From: a bacterium
GTDB taxonomy: Bacteria > Arandabacterota > Arandabacteria > Arandabacterales > Arandabacteraceae
Assembly: GCA_029933125.1 (NCBI GenBank)
Contig: JAOZOU010000001.1
Coordinates: 392,702 to 456,701, forward strand
Length of the DNA stretch: 64,000 nucleotides
Direction of reading: 5' to 3'
Made by a program: the position numbers and the translations under genes
The notes under the pieces: generated by a model
The model's input: only the letters and a program-made list of their open reading frames with translations
What the model was told of the DNA's origin: nothing
The model's database searches: none
Shown here: one piece after another, positions 57,363 through 64,000 of the stretch
How the letters are laid out: the number at the start of each line of letters is the position of its first letter
How positions within the stretch are numbered: the stretch's first letter is position 1

Positions 57363-57724
57363 TTTGCCTCCCCACTATAAGATTTCTTGATTTCCTCCGC
57401 CCTCTGCTCAAACTTGTTGGTTACACTCTTGTCCCAAAGCTTCACACCTGAAAGATAGGATCCCCGAGCCAGCGCATGTGCTCCAGTTGGAGATGTGATC
57501 AAGATAAATAGCGCACACAGAATTGCCTTTATAGCAATAGCCGGAGTCGCTGTTGCCACAGCAGCACCAACAAGTATAAAGATTGTTCCAAGTGTTACAC
57601 ACTTGGTCGCCGCCTGGAGTCTATTATAAACATCTGGCAATCTGACCAATCCCATACAGCCAAAGAAATCGAAAACGGCACCAATGCATATCAAGATATA
57701 ACCTACAATTTCATGGCTACTCAT
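57359..57724 (-). CDS. Mrp antiporter subunit G (MnhG/MbhC-like).
   Basis: It is a small three-transmembrane protein with GxxxDxxNRLQAxTK-type motifs (RLPDVYNRLQAATK). Confidence 0.7.
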   Translation of the reverse strand: MSSHEIVGYILICIGAVFDFFGCMGLVRLPDVYNRLQAATKCVTLGTIFILVGAAVATATPAIAIKAILCALFILITSPTGAHALARGSYLSGVKLWDKSVTNKFEQRAEEIKKSYSGEAK

Positions 57725-57980
57725 CGAATCTTCTCCCCTCGAGATGTTTTGAGAGGGCAAGGGTACCGATGAAACTGACCAGTGCCCAAGCAATTGCAAG
57801 ATTCATGTAGAAATCCTTATGCATTACGACAGCTGAAAGAGCAACGAAACCAACAACAACTGTTCCAAGAATGTCGATTGCGACACTCCTATCGGGTGCA
57901 GTCGGTCCGTGACCGATGCGATATAGACACATGAAACAGGCAGCAGCGAGTACACTGGCTATGAAATATATGAACGTCAT
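57717..57980 (-). CDS. Mrp antiporter subunit F (MnhF/MbhB-like).
   Basis: It is an 87-aa three-transmembrane protein at the MrpF position in the Mrp E-F-G order. Confidence 0.7.
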   Translation of the reverse strand: MTFIYFIASVLAAACFMCLYRIGHGPTAPDRSVAIDILGTVVVGFVALSAVVMHKDFYMNLAIAWALVSFIGTLALSKHLEGRRFDE

Positions 57981-58486
57981 TCAAAAATCCTCCTCAGAAC
58001 TGGCTCGAATCTTGAAACTATGTGGTGCGTTGCCTGTTCAATGTCATCACTCTTGACATTTATCCAGTGAATGTAAAGATAACCGTCGTCAGTTATGTCA
58101 ACAGTTAGAGTTCCGGGGGTAAGAGTTATGGAGTTGGCGAGCATAACCCTTCCAGGTGTACTCTTCAAAGAAGTTTTAACCTTCACAATGCCCGGATGGA
58201 TTGGCATATCCGGATGTATGACCCGGTAAACTACGTCAAGATTTGCAAGAAGTACATACCAGAGAAACATGGGCACATATACGATGAGCCAGAATATCCG
58301 CTTGATAACGGTACCCGGGCTCAGTTTGGCTGGGATTCTATCACCAAGCAACAATCCCACAAAGATAGCCACCACCAAACCTATTATGGTGCTCTCAAGA
58401 TCAAGAGCTTTGGTGACTGGATCAAATGGCCAGACAAGCAAGAACCATATGATGAACCCGAGTATGATGAGGGTTACCTTTCTCAA
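57977..58486 (-). CDS. Mrp antiporter subunit E (MnhE/MbhA-like).
   Basis: It is a 169-aa protein with two N-terminal transmembrane helices and a soluble C-terminal domain (ANSITLTPGTLTVD), at the MrpE position. Confidence 0.7.
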   Translation of the reverse strand: MRKVTLIILGFIIWFLLVWPFDPVTKALDLESTIIGLVVAIFVGLLLGDRIPAKLSPGTVIKRIFWLIVYVPMFLWYVLLANLDVVYRVIHPDMPIHPGIVKVKTSLKSTPGRVMLANSITLTPGTLTVDITDDGYLYIHWINVKSDDIEQATHHIVSRFEPVLRRIFE

Positions 58487-58498
58487 ACCAACTCCCCC

Positions 58499-59980
58499 TT
58501 ACATTCCTAATATGTTTGAAGCATAGTTCAAACCTTCCTGAAGCACGCGTGCAGCTGGCATCAGGAAAGTGTCCCTAGCCTGAGGTAGCCAGAGGAATCC
58601 CATTACAATACACAGAACTGCAAGCCCTATCATCGAAGCTTGCATTGTCCCCGGCACTTCCTTGGCTGTCTGCGATGCCTCACGAGGCTCCCCAAAGAAG
58701 GCTCTTCGTTGCAACCTCATGAAGGCAGCCAAAGTAAGCACGCTAACGGCAGCTGCCCACGTGGCAAAGCCATAGCGCTGAGCTTGAATAGCAGCCAGTA
58801 TTATGAAAAGCTTGCTCCAGAAACCGCTGAAAGGCGGAATCCCAGCAATTGCCATAGAGCCAATGAAAGATGTTGTCCCTGTAACGGGCATCTTCTCCCT
58901 GAGACCCCCCATCTTGTTGAGATCACGCGTACCTGTTGCATATTCGATCGCACCTGAATTGAGGAACAGGAGCGATTTGAAGACAGCGTGGTTTATAAGA
59001 TGGAAGAGTCCGGCAGCTATAGCAAACCTCGTTCCGATACCCATTGCCAGGACAACATATCCAACTTGACTGATGCTCGAATAAGCAAGGAAACGTTTTA
59101 TATCATCCTGCCCCATTGCAAGCAGGACTCCAACAATCATTGAGATTGTCCCCAGAACCATGAGCACATAGGAGATCAGAGGTGTCATGCCTACCACATT
59201 GAACATCACCCTCGCCATCGCATAAACACCAATAGTCTTGATGAGAACACCAGAGAGCATAGCAGATATGGGTGCAGGTGCTGATGGATGGGCGTCAGGC
59301 AACCAGGCATGGAAGGGAACCAGAGCAGCCTTAAGCCCAAAGCCAGAGATGAAGAGGGCAACAATAAAGAGATGAATGGGCTTGAGATCCCCACCAATCA
59401 TAGCCGAAACCTGAGCCATGTTAAGGCTCCCGGTCACTGCATATGTCATAGCTACACCGAAGAGGATGAGTGTCGATCCAACGCTCCCAAGGACAAGATA
59501 CTTAAATGACGCCTCGAGCTCCTCATGCTCACATCCAAAAGCAACAAGCGCATAGGATGCAATGGAAGCTATTTCAAGAAAAACATACAGATTGAAAAGG
59601 TCACCTGTCAGGGCAACACCATTCATGCCGGCAACCATAAGCAGGAAGAGAGCATAGAATCTCGCCTTGGCAGTGAATTTGTCCATGTACTGGATGGAGT
59701 ATATCGTCACAAGGAAGGATATCAGGGTTATTGTGATAAGCATGAAGACCGAGACCCCGTCAAGAACAAGATCGATTCCCAGCGGGATATGCTTGAGAGG
59801 TCCCCAGCCACCCATCCAGTAAACGCCATTCTTACCTATCACAGATATTGCCATAAGAAGCAGGGCTAAGGTGGTCAAGTTGGCAAGCGTATCCGCTACA
59901 CGGGGCCTCTTGCGTGCAACCATAGGAATGAAGAAAGCTGCCCCAAGCGGAATTGCCACAAACAGTGGAATCATCTGCAT
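58499..59980 (-). CDS. Mrp antiporter subunit D / complex I NuoN-M-like proton-translocating subunit (MbhH-like).
   Basis: It is a 493-aa polytopic protein of the NuoLMN family (WLPDAHPSAPAPISAMLSGVLIK). Confidence 0.85.
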   Translation of the reverse strand: MQMIPLFVAIPLGAAFFIPMVARKRPRVADTLANLTTLALLLMAISVIGKNGVYWMGGWGPLKHIPLGIDLVLDGVSVFMLITITLISFLVTIYSIQYMDKFTAKARFYALFLLMVAGMNGVALTGDLFNLYVFLEIASIASYALVAFGCEHEELEASFKYLVLGSVGSTLILFGVAMTYAVTGSLNMAQVSAMIGGDLKPIHLFIVALFISGFGLKAALVPFHAWLPDAHPSAPAPISAMLSGVLIKTIGVYAMARVMFNVVGMTPLISYVLMVLGTISMIVGVLLAMGQDDIKRFLAYSSISQVGYVVLAMGIGTRFAIAAGLFHLINHAVFKSLLFLNSGAIEYATGTRDLNKMGGLREKMPVTGTTSFIGSMAIAGIPPFSGFWSKLFIILAAIQAQRYGFATWAAAVSVLTLAAFMRLQRRAFFGEPREASQTAKEVPGTMQASMIGLAVLCIVMGFLWLPQARDTFLMPAARVLQEGLNYASNILGM

Positions 59981-59992
59981 CGCTTCTCGCCC

Positions 59993-60340
59993 CTAACCTT
60001 TCAGCCTCTTTATCTCCTGAATATCGTAGGTCCCATATCTCTCATACAAACGCATGGCTATTGCAATTGTCATCGCCGTTACTCCCAGACCGATAACAAT
60101 TGCCGTAAGCACGAGTGCCTGCGGGAGTGGATCCACGGTGCGCCTGATAAATTCCTGATGCTCCATCGTCTTGTTGAGAATAGGTGCAATCCCATTCTTG
60201 CGATAGCCGATCATCACAATGAAAACATTTACGGCACTTTCCATTATGATGAGGCTGATTATTATCTTTATGAGATTACGTTTTACCAGAACCCCATAGA
60301 GTCCAACCATGAACAGCAGGAAGCACAAGGCGTAAAGCAT
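59993..60340 (-). CDS. Mrp antiporter subunit C / NuoK-like (MbhG-like).
   Basis: It is a 115-aa three-transmembrane protein with LIIMESAVN. Confidence 0.75.
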   Translation of the reverse strand: MLYALCFLLFMVGLYGVLVKRNLIKIIISLIIMESAVNVFIVMIGYRKNGIAPILNKTMEHQEFIRRTVDPLPQALVLTAIVIGLGVTAMTIAIAMRLYERYGTYDIQEIKRLKG

Positions 60341-60352
60341 ACCTATCTCCTT

Positions 60353-60832
60353 CTATGCCCTCTCACCAGGACCATGTATGACCCTCATGAGAACAAGAAG
60401 TATGAATACCATAAACAGTGAACTTGCAACCTTGAGTGCTATGGCAATATTGCAGAGCGGTATTATGCCTGAACTGAAAAGGGTAAAGGGCGTACCAGGA
60501 TTTGCCTTGGCAATGTAGTTGATAAAGAACCTGCCGCCAAGGGTGCCCGCGATTCCGAGAACTGCTATCACTAGAAACATAAGAGCACCAACGCTGTCGA
60601 GCTCCGATGCCACACCTATGCGGAAGCGCCTGAGCGATTCCTCCTTACCGTAGGCAAGCGTAAGAAGGACAAAAACCATTGCCAGGATCACGCCACCAGC
60701 GAAGCCGCCACCAGGTGTGAGGTGCCCATAAAGGACAATGTAGATTCCGAAAATCATTATAAGACCCTTAATCCAACCTGTTATCGTCTTGACAATTGGA
60801 GTCATTCCCTTCTCAGCCATTACTCCTCCCAT
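60353..60832 (-). CDS. Mrp antiporter subunit B (MnhB/MbhF-like).
   Basis: The HLTPGGGFAGG motif is typical of MnhB. The product is 159 aa. Confidence 0.7.
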   Translation of the reverse strand: MGGVMAEKGMTPIVKTITGWIKGLIMIFGIYIVLYGHLTPGGGFAGGVILAMVFVLLTLAYGKEESLRRFRIGVASELDSVGALMFLVIAVLGIAGTLGGRFFINYIAKANPGTPFTLFSSGIIPLCNIAIALKVASSLFMVFILLVLMRVIHGPGERA

Positions 60833-61389
60833 TCTCCAACTTCAGGCTCAGTGGGTTTCTTACGCGCTTTCTTACGAATGACTGCAATTGCACCCATAAT
60901 CGCTGTGAAGAGAACAGTCGCCTCACCAAGTGTATCGTATGCTCTGTAGTCGAGCAAAACGGCTGTAACGATATTTGCTGCACCGGTCTCCTTTAAGCCA
61001 TTGGCAATGTAGAGTCTTGTTGGTGCATCAGCGATTCGCTGCATCACTGGATGACCAAACGGAGGAAAATCGTCGAAAACCCTGATTCCGGCCAGGAAGA
61101 TAACAGCCAGCATAGCCATTGTAACCATCATGCCGAAGAAGTCACGGTTCCCAATGAAGGTTCGCAAGCCTACCCTGAGGGTAGCCCTTATCAAGATTAT
61201 CAAGATGAGAACCTCAACCACTATTGGCACTATTGCAACATCAGGTGCCCGCATGTAAAAGAAGGCTATGATAACACCAAAACCAACCGCCGTTACCGAT
61301 ATAACAGCGGCCAGTAGGTCACGTGTCTCGATGGCAACTATTGCAGCTATCACCATAAAGAGCAGCAATAGACCAATGAATTCAAGCAT
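60820..61389 (-). CDS. Fused MbhD/MbhE-like protein (MrpA C-terminal region / MnhB-domain).
   Basis: The N-terminal half is a DUF4040-like three-transmembrane module. The C-terminal half has the MnhB-domain signature VTAVLLDYRAYDTLGEATVLFTAI. Confidence 0.6.
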   Translation of the reverse strand: MLEFIGLLLLFMVIAAIVAIETRDLLAAVISVTAVGFGVIIAFFYMRAPDVAIVPIVVEVLILIILIRATLRVGLRTFIGNRDFFGMMVTMAMLAVIFLAGIRVFDDFPPFGHPVMQRIADAPTRLYIANGLKETGAANIVTAVLLDYRAYDTLGEATVLFTAIMGAIAVIRKKARKKPTEPEVGEWEE

Positions 61390-61392
61390 ACA

Positions 61393-63210
61393 TCACCTCA
61401 GCAATATGATGATTAGAACCATTATCCCTGCAAGCATCCAGCTCAGGTAATGTGGCAATATGCCAGTGTGAATTGCACGGAATCCTCTAACAAAATAGAA
61501 GGAGAATTTTTGTCCTATGTCATATGTGTCAAAGGCATGCTTCTGGGCTGCCCTGTATATCTGACGGAAGAATCCCATATCACTCACTGTGTTATAGAAA
61601 TCCGTTCCTGTTACTCGCACTTCGGCTGGGATGATCTCGCCGCCAACATACATAGAATCTGTTCGTGTGGCTTTGAGCCTACCTGCCAGATAGATTATCA
61701 ATCCAATCACAATCCCGACTACAATGAACAGGGTCGCAAGTCCTGGACTCCACCAACCTAGCCAGGCACTTACCTCAGGCATACCGAGAACTCTCTGAAC
61801 AGCTGGAAGTATGAATCCCCTGAGTGGTATAGAATAGGCAAAGATGCCAAAGCCGAGGCACAGGATGGCGAGCACAAGCATGGGTATCGCCATTGTTGGA
61901 CCAACTTCCTTCGGGCTCTCGCCCTTCTTGGATCTCACCCCGAGAAAGACTGTGTGAAGAACCTTCATAAAGCTAGCAAGGGTTAGAGCGGATCCGAACA
62001 TGGCAGCAACGAGCCATATGACCCAGGCGTGCCCACCACGCTTGCCTAGTTCAATAACACCCTGATAGACCATCCATTTGGAAACAAATCCATTAAGAGG
62101 TGGAACTCCAGAAATTGCAAGGGCAGCTATTACGCAGCTGAAGAACGTAAGTGGCATATAGCGAGCTAGACCGCCAAGCTCATCAAGATTGGTAGTCCCC
62201 TCACGTTTCTCAACAGAACCACCACACAGGAAGAGACAGCCCTTGTATATGGCGTGGTTTACCATGTGGAAGAGGCCACCTGCAACTCCGATCGGGTTCA
62301 AGGTGCCGACTCCCAGTACCATGTAGCCAACCTGGGAGACAGCATGATAGCTTAGCAGACGCTTCAGATCATGCTGGACAAGCGCCATCATTACAGCAGC
62401 TATTATGGTAAATGCACCGACAATCAGCAGCAGGAGCATCATACCGCCGCTCAGATTGAAAAGATAAAGTGAAACCCGTGCAAGGAGGTAGATTCCCAGA
62501 AGCTTATCAACTGAAGCGGGCAGGAAAGCAACAACTGAAGTGGGAGCATGTTCTGCCGTATCGGGTATCCAGCTATGAAATGGCATAGCACCAGCTTTAG
62601 CAAATGCGGCACAGGCGAAGAGGATAAAGGCAAAAACTGAAAGCCCGGTTATTGTTGGAATCGAGGGCTGGCTAAGACTGGTTGAGCCCGTAAGCACCCA
62701 AACAAGGGTTACTGCAAGGACAAGCAGTGCATCGGTCCCGCCAACAATAACCATTGTCTTTTTGGCAGCACCAGAAGCTTGAGGTCCCCCTGTCTCAATC
62801 AGCATGAAAAGTGTGAGCCCTAAGAAACCCCAGAAGGAGAGCAGAACAACGAGATCATTGGCAAGGACTGCACCAAAGGCACCACCAAGAGTAAATAGCA
62901 TATAGGCGTAGTATTGCTTGAGGTAAAGTTTGCCTCGCATGTAGCCCAGAGAGTAAAGAACCATTATAAGCCCGAAGAAGCCAACCCACAGAATGACAAA
63001 GGACGATAAGGTATCAACCTTAAAAATCACTCTCCCGAAGTATTCGCTCTCGAGCCAACCCTGACGGAAGAGCAAGATGGAAATGTAGAAGGTAACTGCT
63101 GAAACAATAAGAGCTATGCCTTCTTTGAGCCCCTTGAAGGCATCAGGAATTATTCTGACAATTGCGCCTGCTACAAGTGGAACGACAATCAAGTATCCAA
63201 CTAGATCCAT
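61393..63210 (-). CDS. NuoL/MrpA/HycC-HyfB-like large antiporter-type membrane subunit.
   Basis: It is a 605-aa polytopic membrane protein of the NuoLMN family (FHSWIPDTAEHAPTSVVAF; WMVYQ). It lies immediately downstream of the hydrogenase large subunit. Confidence 0.8.
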   Translation of the reverse strand: MDLVGYLIVVPLVAGAIVRIIPDAFKGLKEGIALIVSAVTFYISILLFRQGWLESEYFGRVIFKVDTLSSFVILWVGFFGLIMVLYSLGYMRGKLYLKQYYAYMLFTLGGAFGAVLANDLVVLLSFWGFLGLTLFMLIETGGPQASGAAKKTMVIVGGTDALLVLAVTLVWVLTGSTSLSQPSIPTITGLSVFAFILFACAAFAKAGAMPFHSWIPDTAEHAPTSVVAFLPASVDKLLGIYLLARVSLYLFNLSGGMMLLLLIVGAFTIIAAVMMALVQHDLKRLLSYHAVSQVGYMVLGVGTLNPIGVAGGLFHMVNHAIYKGCLFLCGGSVEKREGTTNLDELGGLARYMPLTFFSCVIAALAISGVPPLNGFVSKWMVYQGVIELGKRGGHAWVIWLVAAMFGSALTLASFMKVLHTVFLGVRSKKGESPKEVGPTMAIPMLVLAILCLGFGIFAYSIPLRGFILPAVQRVLGMPEVSAWLGWWSPGLATLFIVVGIVIGLIIYLAGRLKATRTDSMYVGGEIIPAEVRVTGTDFYNTVSDMGFFRQIYRAAQKHAFDTYDIGQKFSFYFVRGFRAIHTGILPHYLSWMLAGIMVLIIILLR

Positions 63211-64000
63211 ACCCTATCCATCCTCGACTTGTATTTCTCCATGAGTTTGCGAGTTTTCTCCTGCGAAAGCCTTAGAAGCTCTTTCCAACCCATGAGTTGC
63301 TTACCGCTGTCTGCATCAACCACAATCGTTCTTTCAGTACAGCAATAGCACGGATCGATGGCTGCCAAAGTGATGGTTGCATCTGATACTGTATAGCCAA
63401 CAACTGCACGATTGTTTGTTGGCACATTCATAAAGCTGGGTGCCCTGATCTTGTATCGGATGGGGCGGTTAGAACCATCAGAACGCACATAGTGGAAAAC
63501 CTCACCACGTGGAGCCTCATGATGACCGATTCCCTCACCAGGTGGAATTTCTTTGTAATTGGCATCAATACCGTCTCTTACTTCTCTCAGTTTCTCAAGG
63601 CACTGTTTGCATATCTTGACCGACTCCAGCATCTCAAGCACACGAACGACAACTTTGTCAAAGACATCACCATTCTCGGTAGTCACAACATCCCATTCAA
63701 CCAAATCATATGCCGCATAGGGATGATCTCTTCTCACATCCCATGGCACACCCGATGCTCTCGAGGTTGGTCCAAGTGCTCCAAGCTCAACACAATCCTC
63801 ATATGTCAGTACACCAACATTCTTCAGCCTTGCCTGCAGCACTGGATCAGCCATGGCAATCTTGGCAAACATAAGAAGCGGTCTCTCAAGCCCATCGAGT
63901 ATGCGCATAGCAGTTGGTAGGTCTTCATCCTCAAAGTCTCGCCTCACACCACCTGGCTTGAACATGGCATAATGGTTGCGGTTACCAGTAAGAAGTTCGA
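63201..64000 (-). CDS. Group-4 [NiFe]-hydrogenase large subunit (NuoD/HycE/MbhL-like), C-terminal part. Its N-terminus lies beyond the window end.
   Basis: It has HHEAPRGEVFHYV and the C-terminal Ni-binding DPCYCCTERT (DPCxxC) motif. The reading frame remains open through position 64000. Confidence 0.85.
   Translation of the reverse strand, partial: ELLTGNRNHYAMFKPGGVRRDFEDEDLPTAMRILDGLERPLLMFAKIAMADPVLQARLKNVGVLTYEDCVELGALGPTSRASGVPWDVRRDHPYAAYDLVEWDVVTTENGDVFDKVVVRVLEMLESVKICKQCLEKLREVRDGIDANYKEIPPGEGIGHHEAPRGEVFHYVRSDGSNRPIRYKIRAPSFMNVPTNNRAVVGYTVSDATITLAAIDPCYCCTERTIVVDADSGKQLMGWKELLRLSQEKTRKLMEKYKSRMDRVWI

Noticed and set aside
63201-64000. I considered a possible [NiFeSe] hydrogenase (Sec in the C-terminal DPUxxC motif).
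   Set aside because: The motif reads DPCYCC with an ordinary Cys codon, and there is no in-frame TGA.
1-64000. I looked for CRISPR arrays, transposases, integrases, and rRNA or tRNA genes.
   Set aside because: I found no direct-repeat/spacer periodicity, no transposase- or integrase-like ORFs, and no tRNA-like or rRNA-like segments on reading the window.

Overview
This is a 64-kb bacterial chromosomal window with about 50% GC. It contains four recognisable blocks and no CRISPR arrays, mobile elements or rRNA/tRNA genes.

- **1..28699, all minus strand (flagellar super-operon).** The gene order is Firmicutes-like: flgB-flgC-fliE-fliF-fliG-fliH-fliI-fliJ-flbB/ylxF-fliK-flgD-TIGR02530-flgE-fliL-fliM-fliN-fliO-fliP-fliQ-fliR-flhB-flhA-flhF-fliA, then a 70-aa ORF, PilZ, FapA, HDOD and flgF/flgG. 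It is headed by a sigma-54-dependent two-component pair (FlrB/FlrC-like), and there are predicted sigma-54 promoters in front of flgB and flgF. flhG and all che genes are absent from the cluster.
- **28.9..47.5 kb (secreted enzymes with T9SS-type C-terminal domains).** Four large secreted enzymes each end in a T9SS/FlgD-Ig-like C-terminal sorting domain: a metallophosphoesterase, an M1 aminopeptidase, a polysaccharide deacetylase and a 1593-aa gingipain-like C25 protease. Interleaved with them are an FMN reductase, a two-subunit Fe-S/FAD oxidoreductase, an unknown membrane protein and a selenocysteine-containing peroxiredoxin.
- **47.7..50.6 kb (c-di-GMP signalling pair).** An orphan GspE/MshE-type ATPase is translationally coupled to an HDOD protein.
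- **53.5..64 kb, all minus strand (hydrogenase cluster).** glnA and an alkaline phosphatase lie downstream of a group-4 membrane-bound [NiFe]-hydrogenase cluster fused to a complete Mrp antiporter module. The large subunit is truncated at the window end.

The selenoprotein is a peroxiredoxin whose peroxidatic Cys codon is an in-frame TGA followed by a SECIS-like hairpin.
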